Shown here: piece after piece, positions 42,448-53,449 of the stretch
Numbering within the stretch: the first letter of the stretch is position 1
How the letters are laid out: every line of letters starts with the position of its first letter
DNA from: Bigelowiella natans CCMP2755
Taxonomy: Eukaryota > Protista > Cercozoa
Length of the DNA: 64,000 nucleotides
NCBI GenBank assembly: GCA_000320545.1
Contig: ADNK01001699.1
Coordinates: forward strand, 1 to 64,000
Reading direction: 5' to 3'
Made by a program: the position numbers and the translations under genes
The notes under the pieces: model-generated
Told to the model about the DNA's origin: nothing
Seen by the model: only the letters and a program-made list of their open reading frames with translations
The model's database searches: none

Positions 42448-42471
42448 GCGACATATTTTCTATTATGTCGC
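42448..42471. promoter_or_regulatory. GCGACAT-N10-ATGTCGC palindrome ~95 bp upstream of the SPEF2 ATG
   Basis: Sequence gcgacat-attttctatt-atgtcgc, with arms and spacing identical to 2335-2358. Confidence 0.55.
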
Positions 42472-42610
42472 ATGTTGATAAATGGATTCCACTTCGGACA
42501 TCTACTGCACAACATCCAAGCGACAAAAATTGTTGACATATTTTTGGTGGAAATAGATTCTATTTTGTCCATGTTAGTGTGCTCCTGTCACCAGTACACC
42601 AGTGCATTGA

Positions 42611-43387
42611 GTGGAGTCTAGGCGCTTCAAGGACCAGGAAAATCGAAAAAAAATGCCTGCGTTCACTGGTGGGACATGTGGAAAATTTGTGGCATTTTTG
42701 GATGCGTCTGTGGTCCATGCTGAACTTTCATCAATTGAATGTGGCCCATCTGCCTGTGGCTTGGACACGTTGGTCAACTTGGACCAGACCTGTCCAAAAC
42801 TGGTTGATCTTGACCTCAATCGAAGAGTCAGGGCTCATCTGTCCACCAATGGCAACTTGTGTCGCAGCTTTCATTCGTGCGTCAAACCCGATGCCCCAAT
42901 CTGCAAACTCAGAGCCTGGGCGAAGAGCCACATTGGAAGGCCAGCTTCCAGATTGTTTGAGTGTCATCTCGATGATTGGCATGACAATTCAGGAGTGTTG
43001 ATCAAACTTCAGCTCCGCGCTGGGACTCACGAAACTGAAGAACACAGGGCCAAAGTTCACAATTTGCCCCGCTCTTCCTCGGTTTGTCCTCTTTGCAATG
43101 CTGAAGTTGTTCAAAGTGTCAACCACCTCATCCATCATTGCACTCACTTGAATGCAGAGAGAAACAAACTTCTCTCGTGCATGAGATCAGCTCTGGGTCC
43201 AGCTTCTTCCTTCTGCTCTTCATTCTTTGACGCTCCAGACTCTTTCAAAGTCAAAGTTCTGCTGGGGGTCCCCTCAGATGATCCAAACGCAGATCGTTGT
43301 GTGGACATGGCCTTCAGGAAGTTTTTGCTCAGAGTGGAGGCCTTGCGCTGCCAGAACTTTGCCGCTAGTGTCATTGCTTCACAATGA
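42611..43387 (+). mobile_element. 5'-truncated non-LTR (LINE) retrotransposon remnant: C-terminal zf-RVT/CCHC region of the RT ORF, TpA-erased
   Basis: KLQLRAGTHETEEHRAK...VCPLCNAEVVQSVNHLIHHC (CX2C-X9-H-X4-C) resembles the post-RT zinc finger of LINE ORF2. Intronless, no RT core present, and 0 Tyr in 258 aa. Confidence 0.7.
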
Positions 43388-43467
43388 CTGAATCATGCCA
43401 TTTTGAAAAACCAGCCAGTTGGTTTGCTGGTCACAGTCCTCACTGAAGCCAGTTCGAGGCACTGCAC

Positions 43468-44318
43468 TTCGCACACTGCAAGTGTCTTGCAACACTTTGG
43501 AAACGTGGTTCGTCATCATTGTTCATTGTTCATTGAGTGTTCCATCCGAAACGGCCTGGCTAGCTGGGACACCGTTTGAAAACGTGTTTCTTCCTGCGCG
43601 AAGTCCTCAATGGAACACTCCCCCCCTTCCCCCCCCCTTCGCCCGCATGAAGCAGGTTGGGGCACCAAAAGTGTCATCATGGGATGCACACGTGTCCACT
43701 TGAACGGCCTGGAAGGGTTGGACTTTTTGGGTTCACCTGACGTTCCTTGCTGGCTCGTGTGCACAAGTCACACTTTGTCACTTCGTCTGAGTGGCAAAAT
43801 CGGGGAAAACAATCGACTGCGATGAGAAAAGAACTCTGACATTCGTGAAGCGTTGGCTGATGGGTGACGCCACACATCCATGGTCCACGGCGTCGATTCG
43901 CAAGAGGAAAGTTCCAGAGTTGGTCGTCCTGAAAGTGCAAAAAAAGCGCCCGCTGCAACTTGATCGTTGCAATGGCAGGCTGGTCACCAGCGTTGCAGCT
44001 TTCATGCTGATGATCGCCGTTGCCAATCACGTTGACAGCAAAACTGGCTAGCTGGGGTCAACACTGCAGTGCCAGAGTGCTGGAGTGGGTGCGTGTTTCC
44101 TGGAATTGATCGACCGCACAGAACAACGGCCGAAGGAAAAGGGCAATGGGTTTTGATGTGTCGATGGGTGCACTGAAGTTCATTGAAGGTTCGTCCAACC
44201 TGAACACATTGATTGCTCAAAGACGGTGCAACGACGCAACAACGACGATTGTTCAAGTTCCAGAGGTTGTTTTGCACCCATGCGCTTGTGCACGTCTGGA
44301 CGTGCGTGAATGTGGACA

Positions 44319-44403
<85 letters not shown>

Positions 44404-44442
44404 TTTCGCACACTGCAGCAAGTGTCTTGCAGCACTTTGGAA
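43468..44442. repeat. ~35-38 bp imperfect direct repeats bracketing a ~900 bp TpA-depleted segment that ends in (GT)n(GA)n
   Basis: ttcgcacactgcaagtgtcttgcaacactttggaa (43468-43502) versus ttcgcacactgcagcaagtgtcttgcagcactttggaa (44405-44442). Confidence 0.75.
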
Positions 44443-44971
44443 GTGCGGCAAATTGCTAGATTGGGCAGTTTTTATCGTTTCATTGCTTCATTGTGTCAAC
44501 GGCTTTCAGAGCTCTCTTGTTTGCCAATGGCATCTTGCCAAGCTAGCAAGCTAGCAAGTCGAAGTTCGCGCATTGAGGTTTCGTACGTGCTAGCGTGGGT
44601 GTTGCTAGGTTGGGTGCTTCATTGATGAAGGTTTTGGTCACTTTGTGGTGGTCGCACTGTAGCTAGAGTGGTCGTGGTGGTCTAGCTGGTGCCAAGTGCC
44701 AACGTGGATTCCAATTCACTAGTAATCTAGCAATGTCTAGACATGTCACTTGCGGCGTTCTAGCGTTGCTTGATTCAGCCGACACAACAACAACCAAACA
44801 CTTTCAACAAATGATTAAAACACGCTCTGCTTGTGGCGCTGCCGGTGCATTTGAGGCGACATGTCAGCGAATCTAGTGATGATGATGAAAATTGTTAGCA
44901 TGTCTAGATGTGGTGAAATGGTTCATGAAACTAATGAAGAAAATGGGCAACGTGGTGTGGCAATGAAGAAG

Positions 44972-46030
44972 CTAGCCTTGCAAGGGCAACAGTCTCATCC
45001 GTTTCCCTGACGAAGCAATGTGAAACTCAATGTTTGTGCTTTCCATCTCATTTCGATTTCTTTTCCCGCATCCCATTGAGAACCATTGAAATGAAGGGAG
45101 AGACACCAAAGATTCTGCATCTTTTGAGGCCCTTTCCTCTTTCTCAAAACAATCGAAAGAAAGCTGCCGTGGTCGAATATCTTCCTTTTGTTCACATTTT
45201 CCCATGATTTTTATGGGTATATTCACCCTTTCGGAAGGATTTCCTACCGTGGTTGTACTGCTACCGCTACTACTACTACTGCTGCTGCTACAACAACTCC
45301 TACTGTTCCTATCATTACTACCACTGCTAGTACTTCTAATGCTATTGCTACTGTTACTGATGTTCTTACTGTCGCTGCTGCAAGTACTAGCTCCGCATCG
45401 ATGCTGTGTTGTTGGAACAAAGGAATCTCGTTTACCCTGCTGCCTGAAGGATGATGAGTGGTGATTTGGTGACATGCGGAGCACAAAAGAGGGAACGATA
45501 AGAGAGGATCCTTGTGGGGAATTTCTGCATAACTTTTCCTGATGCAAAGCCCTTAAGAATCTATTTGGCTCTGGAGTGCGGCTACGCATCGGAACATCAT
45601 CCACTCCCATAACTTCGACATCATCTGCATTCCTCGATTGCTCCCTGTTCATGCGGTCATGATGCAATCTTCTAAGAAAGGTGTTATATGACTTTGATGT
45701 CATGGAATCATTTTTGCTCTTTATTCCACAGGTACGATTCGATGACCCCTTTTCCTTGCAGTCATAAAATCCAGATGAAGAATTTGTTTCCAATCTTTGC
45801 TGAGGATTGATTTGCCGTCTTCCGCGTGATTCGTGTACAATTGACCATCTCCTTGAGCTTTTATGCGGGCTGTGTAGTCTATCAAATAAGAAAACGGAAT
45901 CTCGATTCCGTTTTCTGGCCTTCCTTTTCCTGTCAAGCATGCCAGGGTTTTCACAGCGACTCCTCAGAGTGTGCATGCTATTCCCGCAGAATTCTGTCTC
46001 AAGTATATTTTGTTCCATATTTTCAAACAT
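44972..46030 (-). CDS. Hypothetical intronless Ser/Arg-rich protein (~352 aa)
   Basis: Long ORF that mostly retains TpA, with a duplicated FLRxLHxxR/K motif. It sits head-to-head with the next gene like the other pairs. No recognisable domain. Confidence 0.55.
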   Translation of the reverse strand: MFENMEQNILETEFCGNSMHTLRSRCENPGMLDRKRKARKRNRDSVFLFDRLHSPHKSSRRWSIVHESRGRRQINPQQRLETNSSSGFYDCKEKGSSNRTCGIKSKNDSMTSKSYNTFLRRLHHDRMNREQSRNADDVEVMGVDDVPMRSRTPEPNRFLRALHQEKLCRNSPQGSSLIVPSFVLRMSPNHHSSSFRQQGKRDSFVPTTQHRCGASTCSSDSKNISNSSNSIRSTSSGSNDRNSRSCCSSSSSSSSGSSTTTVGNPSERVNIPIKIMGKCEQKEDIRPRQLSFDCFEKEERASKDAESLVSLPSFQWFSMGCGKRNRNEMESTNIEFHIASSGKRMRLLPLQG

Positions 46031-46346
46031 CCAACAATTTTTATGAAAGATCTTCACGAAGCCTAGCCGTACGAGAGACCGTCCTTATTCGTGGGAAGAA
46101 GGAAGGGGGTGGAAGTGGCAACCGTTGCTGGGTTTTAATGTTCTTCCGTTCGTTGATGAGTTCCGAGAAGGAATAGCGTAAATTTCTTTCGTATTTTTAC
46201 GACATGATTTCGTGTTGAATAATGATAAAAATGCACTACATCATTACAATTTATTAGTTACTTCTTCGACCAACGGGATACCGGCACTCGACAATAACTC
46301 GATAAGGCAGGAAAGGCTTCTCCTTGCCCGCCCCTGTGTCCTTCTG

Positions 46347-47264
46347 ATGAAAAGAGGAAGGCCAAGAAGTACGCAACTGCAATGTATCGAGACAATTCCT
46401 CAGGTATTGGATTAAATATTCATGGGAATGCGCGTTCGACGCCAAGCAGTGGCTTGTGAGTTGCACCTGGGTGTGTGGATGCTTGTGCATGCTTGTAAAT
46501 TGTTGTCAATTTAGGTAAACGACACAACTTTTGAGGAACTAAAAAGTCAACTTCTGGAGCTGGACCAGCGAATCGCAGTTCTAGGGAAAAAGGTGCTCTT
46601 CATTCATTATCTTCGATGATGCTGCTGACTACAAAAGGTGTAATATTATCAGATTCTCCCGAAAGGATATGCAATGAAATTTGAGTCTCCCTATTTGGCA
46701 ATCTCAAAAATCACTGACAAGTATTGACTTTTCAATTTTTGACGAAGAAGAAGTGTAAATTTTGCGTATTAAGAATTTCCCAGCAAGTACTATTTTTCAG
46801 AAAACTGTCAGCAGATGACGCCAGGGTATTAGTTTCTACGGCACTTCAGGTATGGTCACTACTTAGCGTTGTAATATCGGTCTGATTCCTAGTTTCTTAC
46901 ACCCATAGGGAAATGTTCATCGGCAATATGCACAGGCTTTTGGAGGATACTGTGAGTAAATTCTCAATTCCATTAACAAAAAAATTACGATGGTTCAACG
47001 TCAGATATCGTCACTACTTGCCGGGATCGTTCATTTTACGGGAAGAACGTGGATACATCAAAGAAGGTCATCTCTAACTCGAAATTCTCAATAGTTCTTT
47101 GTAATAATCTTCACGGTATATACGTTTTCTTTACTTATTCACCTATATGGACAGAACGGCATCGTGATTATACGTCTGAAAAGAATCTTTATCATTGCCA
47201 GGTTTGTCAGTTTTCCTTTAATAGACGTTCACGAAGTAAAACCTCAATTGTGTATCAGATATGA
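46347..47264 (+). CDS. Hypothetical multi-exon protein (3' end uncertain)
   Basis: Phase-compatible exons MKRGRPRSTQLQCIETIPQ / VNDTTFEELKSQLLELDQRIAVLGKK / ILPKGYAMKFESPYLAISKITD / ISQQVLFFRKLSADDARVLVSTALQ / GNVHRQYAQAFGG, separated by mostly short GT-AG introns. Confidence 0.5.
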
Positions 47265-48371
47265 TGTTCCCGAGACGTCATTTGAATTCATACCAACTCT
47301 GGAGCTGTTCGCAGACAAATTGGCCGAATTCGGTTACTGACATGCATGTTAGGTATCGTACATCTAGCATGGATCCTAGAAACGCACACCACAAGTCTAA
47401 CTCGCTTCCTCGATGTTGTGCTGCGCATGACGCGTGTGCATTGCACGAGCAACGACGAGACAAGGTGCAAACTGACACCGAAAAAGAGGAACAAAGAACT
47501 GCTGTGCGCAATGCACGACATCAACGACCGCCAAAGGACGTTCGCACATGCTAGCATGCATGAAACACATTGTGGTGGAAACAAACAGACACAACATGAG
47601 CGCTGTGCCCTGTGACCGCAGCTTTATTTGCACAGCTGCATCAGGATGACCGCTGGCCATGGAAAGACACAATCAATTCATTGCATCCGTCTCGCACGCG
47701 CTATCTAGCTATACTAGCGAGCAGCGCACACCTAGACATGCATGCACGTCGCATCGTCTGCGTGCGTTACGTTGCGCATCACGTTCTAGCGTCATTGGAC
47801 ATCGATCTCAAATTGCATTTCATCAATGCTCCATCGATCAAACAACGTGTAGCATCTATGCGACAATCGCGGTACGTCGTTGCTGCGGGCGGTCCAGCAA
47901 TTGCAAGACATGTTGGCGTGTAAAAACGTGCATGCATGTATAGACATGCCTAGCATGGTGATCGACTGGCTTCACGTTTTTGCTGCTGTGATCGATGACA
48001 CCCTGCTAGCCTGCTAGCCGAATCAGCCTGCACTCCGGCGCACTCTAGCGCATGCACCTTGCACACATATACATGAGCTATGTCAAGCTAGCTACATATA
48101 TAGCAGGCATCGATCGATTTTGTGCTATGCTAGTAGATATGCTCATACATGTTTATCGATAATGCATCCAGTATTAATAACTTTTGTGACGTGTGCGTAT
48201 TGCTTCTATATTTTGCATACGTGGTAGAAGAGGATGAGGGAGGGAGAGAGAGAGAGAAAGAGAATTTGTTGCAATTTCTCATGAGCTCTGAAGTTTCGAG
48301 GAATTTCGCAACGAACCGAATAAATCAGCACGGTGTGAAATACAATTTTTCGTATTTCGAAGTGTGTACTA

Positions 48372-49828
48372 CTAGCTTATGATAAGATCTGGATCATCGA
48401 TGCTCCAGTCTTCATACCACCCGCTTGGAAGATATCTTCTAATTATTATCGGAATTTTCTTTTCCTTAAGCTCAAGCATTGCTATCTGAAGTGGGTCTGT
48501 CTCCCCGGCCACATCGACCAGAACTGGTGCACCAAGACTAACAGTATACACATTGAAAGAAAGAAACAATGAAATTAGACCTTAAATCAGACCTTTTTCT
48601 CCAAGGTACAAATCGAGATTGTAGAATATATATACAACCGCATTTGATCATGTACCTAATTTGCAGTGCGCGCGTTCCAAGGACTCGTGCTCTCTCATAC
48701 TTGGTGAGATAGCGTGTAGTGGTCCTTTGATCCTTTGGAATAGCATCCGGTTTTTTAGCACTTTCCTCATATGCGGAAAGAGAGGCATTCCACAACTCAT
48801 CAAATGTCATCTGTTGCTCTCCCATATTTAGATCCTAGGACAAACAGATCCATCAAACATCAGGTAAGTTCGATCTCATTTCGACAGCACAAAAATTGTA
48901 CCTTCAGTTTATCCGTATCCGAAAGCAACTTTTTCAAGTCGCTATCTTGGTTTATTTTCGTCATGGCACTATCTCGATCGAATCGCCCCTCGCGATCTGA
49001 GAAATCAGATTGCTTCATAAACATACATATAGGAGTGAATGGTATGATAACTCTATACCATCGTCGATGTTCACGACCAATTTGTAGATTATTAAGAAAA
49101 GCTCATGCTTATCCTTTTGGCCCTATGACAAGTACAGAGCGAGAGAGAGAGGGGGGGGGGGGGGGGGGGCGAGGGGGTAATGACGAACGACGATGACGAC
49201 GATGACGAAGATAGGGTTAGTGTACAAAGATTCACATTTCTAGCTAAGCCGTTGAAAGGACGTCATATCACCGGTATCGCCTTTGCAACATATTCTGCCA
49301 GCGTTAAATCATTATTGTCTTCCCAATTAATGTCATCATTCTTGAAGCTTTGAATTAGTGAAAGTGTGGCAAACTCAGTACTCATCTTCGAACATTACCG
49401 AAAGAATCAGTTACCCAAATTGTTCCTCTAGCTTCATCGCGCTGCTAAAAAATTCCGTCCTATTTGCTCTGGATGCGTTTTCTAAATGCGAAAAAATAGA
49501 GTGAAAGGGCGTACCAGACGATCTGCATCAAATTACCTCTATCGTGGGATGCAAACTTAAGATAGAGTTCAGACCAAAGGTCACCATGCTTCCGGTCCAC
49601 GTTTCCCCACTTGTGGTCTGATCCATCTACCTCCATCGCCAACACAGTTCTTTCCTGTGAAGCATAATCCGTAGAAGGGAGGAGGAGGAGGAGGAGGAGG
49701 AGGAGGAGGATGATGAAGTGTGAGAACCTTCAATAATTTGAACATTTACGTAAAACATAAACCTGCTGCATCGGAGGATTGCTCTCTTTAACATCCCCCA
49801 CAAGCGGCTGCCCATTTGGTGCGGCCAT
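48372..49828 (-). CDS. RPB6: RNA polymerase I/II/III subunit RPB6 (RPABC2) with a long N-terminal extension
   Basis: [32 protein letters not shown]...[34 protein letters not shown]. Upstream exons join in frame back to MAAPNGQ at 49828; the extension is less certain than the core. Confidence 0.9.
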
Positions 49829-50256
49829 GTTGTATGCTTTGATTAGTGGGATCGAGGGTCTCAAGGGCGGAGTTATTCACTTGTAATTTAGTCGAAGTGT
49901 CATTATTTATGAATGATTTATTTATTTCTGGTCCTATTTTCATGCTTATTCAACGATTACATGTTGTCGGATTGCTAAAAAATCCTAGATTTATCCTACT
50001 GCAGGCGATGATGAGAGTTTGGTCCTTTCTCTGAAATTAAGAGATGCTTAAATCGATTGTACTTTTTTATTGCGACAAAACATATTAGATCTACCATTTT
50101 TATTAGGTTGAAGAAAAGACTAATGTCCCTAGTTATGTCTCATACCAAGGTACGACTTCAATTATAGATATTATTTGTTCACATAATGATTCCATATGTC
50201 TTAAAAAATACCAGCAACAGCAATTCCTCCTCAACCTGTTAAAAGGGGGCCATACC

Positions 50257-50669
50257 ATGATACCCCTTCTGTTTTCTTTCCTGCTATCTCCCACTGCCAT
50301 CAACGCCCTAACACTTCATAAATTATCCTCCGAAGTAGCCAATTCAACTGGCGCGGTATGTTTGGATGGATCTCCACCTGCTGTGTACTTTGATCCGGCT
50401 AGTGATCCAAAATCCAACACTTCATGGGTGATCTTCTTCAGGGGAGGAGGCTGGTAGGAAGATCTATCATTTAATTTGAATCACAGAAATTTATGCTGTT
50501 GTCCTTGCGAATTAGGTGCTACGATGAAGATGACTGCGCAGATCGCTCTCTTACCGATCTAGGCAGTACAAATCAACTCGACTCGGAACTCACTTATGGT
50601 GGTCCTTTGGACTCGGATTCGTCAAATCCATTCGCTGGTAAAGTATATATATTTATATATCTTCTTCTT

Positions 50670-50738
<69 letters not shown>

Positions 50739-51351
50739 AACCACCTAATCGCCATCACCGTAAACGATACCAGGATTTAATCGGGTACTGTTTTGGTACT
50801 GCGATGGCGCATCGTTTTCTGGAGACCTGGCTACTCCTGTGAGTGCAAAAGGGCATACGATGTACTTTCGAGGGCATCGTATCTTAGACCAACTCTTCAA
50901 TTTCTTAGCAACAGACTTCGGCTTCAGCCAAGCAACCGATGTATTACTCACTGGATGCTCCGCAGGGGGTCTCGCAACTTTTATGCATGCCGATTATATT
51001 TCTTCAAAGCTACTACCGCCATCCGTGTCTAGATTTAAGGTATTAGTATAGGTGCTATAAATGAGCGGAGATGACAAAGATGAATATTATACTCTTTTGT
51101 TAGAATTTTGATTCGTAGTTTGAAGCGGTGTACTCCTCCTTTCTAATGTATGGTAATGATTCTCATAGGCTCTACCACTAAGCGGCTTCTTCCTTATGCA
51201 CGATACCATTTACGGAAAGCAACTTTATTCTAAGCAAATGAAACATGTTTTCAAAATGCAAAATTGTACTCATAATGTCAATGAAAATTGTATAAATAGC
51301 AGCATCACTGGCGAGGAGTGGAGGTTTATACATTAACTTCCACTAATTCTG

Positions 51352-51394
<43 letters not shown>

Positions 51395-51894
51395 AACAGA
51401 ACCTTTGATGTATAATCGTTGTATGTCTTGTTTCCAGGTGTATATTTGCAAATGAGACAGCTGCGCATGTGAAAACAAGCATATTCATTATTAATTCGGC
51501 TGTGGATAAATGGCAAATGCAAAACATCTGGCTTGGCGATCAGACCTGTGTAAACAATGGAGAATTTGACAACTGTACCACTGATGAGATTTCGGATTTA
51601 AACGAATGGCAGACGGACTTTCTGACTGATTTAACAAACACGGGGTTGACGACAATGAAGGGTAATGGAATATTCATTGAATCTTGTTCCGAACACTGCG
51701 CTGTGGACGGACCGGGATTCGCTCAGATAACCATCGACGGGGTTTCAATGAACGATGCAGTAAAACAGTGGTGGAATGCACCCGTCGATGCTGATCCATC
51801 AGAATATACGTACTTGCCTTGTTCACTTTCTGATGATACGCCACATCAATGCAATCCCAGCTGTAGAATTCAAAAAACATCAAAAATGAATTAG
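50257..51894 (+). CDS. Secreted pectin acetylesterase / Notum-family hydrolase
   Basis: Signal peptide, then GAVCLDGSPPAVYF, FRGGGWC, YCDGASFSGD, YFRGHRIL, LTGCSAGGLA (nucleophile elbow), INSAVDKWQ and SCSEHC. Confidence 0.88.
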
Positions 51895-52354
51895 GTTGAA
51901 ACCTATAACGGTGACTTCAAAAGTTAAAATGTAAATATGCCACAAAGTGAAATGTAATTGTAAGATCAAACATTTGATGATTGTCGTTCAATATGAATGC
52001 ATTAGTGCACGACATCATCGACCGCTAAAGTGCGCTTTCGCATGCATGGAACACATCGTGGCAGAAACTAATGGACACAGCACAACCGCTGTAGCCGCAG
52101 CTTTGCACAGCTACATAATCAGGATGACCATTCTAGCATTGGAAAGATTTAATCAATTCATCATAACATCCGTCTCATGCGTGCACACATGTGTGCATGC
52201 ACGTCTAGATGTGCGAGTACGTACATGCATGCCATATGTGCAATGTGTCACTGTGCTATGTCTGTTGTGGTGTGGCGTACCATGCATATAGGCGCATGCT
52301 TACAAATCATGTACTCGAAACAAATACAAACGATGTGTATCGCGTGCGTGTACA

Positions 52355-52774
52355 CAGCTCCGTCAAACCCGGTGACGACGGGGTTGTGAACAGTGCAGCG
52401 CTTTGCGACGCGCTTTGAAGCAGCAAGCAGTTGCAGTTGGTCAAAGAAAAGTCATCAGAACTTGTCCGATGGCCAAACCTCAAAAATTGACCGAAATGTT
52501 GATCTAAATGTCCATTTTTAAGGCCTCATTGAGCGCGCAAAGTGTGAAAATTCACACCCGTTGTGTGGAGGATGCACGCTGCGCGTTTGTTCTCTGCCAC
52601 ATTTTGAATGCTTTTGCTAGTTTGCGCGTGTGTTTGACCAAATGTGACATCCACGAAAAATTTCAAAGAAATGCGAGCAAATCCAATGTCCATCACATCA
52701 CATGACGCGCTTGGTCGCGCGCAAAAGCTTCCATATGCATGTTCTGGCGATTCGTTGCAGGTTTGACGGAACTG
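52355..52774. mobile_element. 420 bp MITE with Tc1/mariner-pogo-style 15 bp TIRs, TpA-depleted
   Basis: CAGCTCCGTCAAACC (52355-52369) versus GGTTTGACGGAACTG (52760-52774) matches 14/15. The flanks are CA (left) and TG (right). Confidence 0.75.
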
Positions 52775-53407
52775 TGCTAGCTAGCTAGCATGCATGGCTG
52801 CATCGCAGCTCGCCAATACATTTTTCTAGTTTTGAAGACGCGTGACGTACGATGCACACGCGCACCCACGCAACGCAAGCTAGATCACAAATGTGAGCAC
52901 AGCGCGTGCATTTGCTAAAAGGCTACAAAGCATCATTAGTGGCTGTGTGAATTGAACACATCTACATAGACATGCAGCTAAAGCTAGCTACATACTAGAT
53001 GTAGAATAATGCACAATGTATCTAGCTATAGCACACAACACTAGCTCGATCTATATAAAGCAAAGTCAACAGCTCACAATCTGCTCGGTGAGTGCTAGCT
53101 AGAGTGTGCACACCTAATTAGTAGCTGACAGTATAACGGCGGTCATGGCTAGATGGTGCATGCGAGATGCAACTGCTGTGTATGCATATGTGCATGACTT
53201 TGTTCGCTTCTGGCTACAATTTCCCGCTGTGTGCAATGATCAGCATGATGACAAAAGCTCATGCATGCATGCACTATCAGTAGTACAGCTTCATATAACG
53301 CAGACTAGCAGATATAGGCAGAAAATGTAATTGACACAATAAGCGTCCTGCTGTCATGCTGTCACAGATTCTCTGCTATGTATTACGTATAGCGGTTACC
53401 AGTCTAC

Positions 53408-53449
<42 letters not shown>

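Larger units (their letters stand above)
42597..45177. other. TpA-erased, CTAG-retaining domain (strongest of ~8 such zones)
   Basis: Hand count for 42597-44470: 5 TpA, all in CTAG (about 42618, 43365, 43560, 44048, 44456). Similar zones lie at about 130-1400, 8030-8260 (weak), 17340-17830, 26180-27290, 33100-33760, 47320-48150 and 51950-53370. Confidence 0.95.

Noticed and set aside
42611-43387. The 258 aa ORF as a host gene or an autonomous retrotransposon
   Set aside because: Only the C-terminal zinc-finger region is recognisable, with no RT or endonuclease domain, and its openness is partly explained by stop erasure.
42597-44470. Classical RIP or CpG-methylation decay as the cause of the skewed composition
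   Set aside because: RIP would increase TpA and CpG decay would deplete CpG. Here TpA is missing and CpG remains common.
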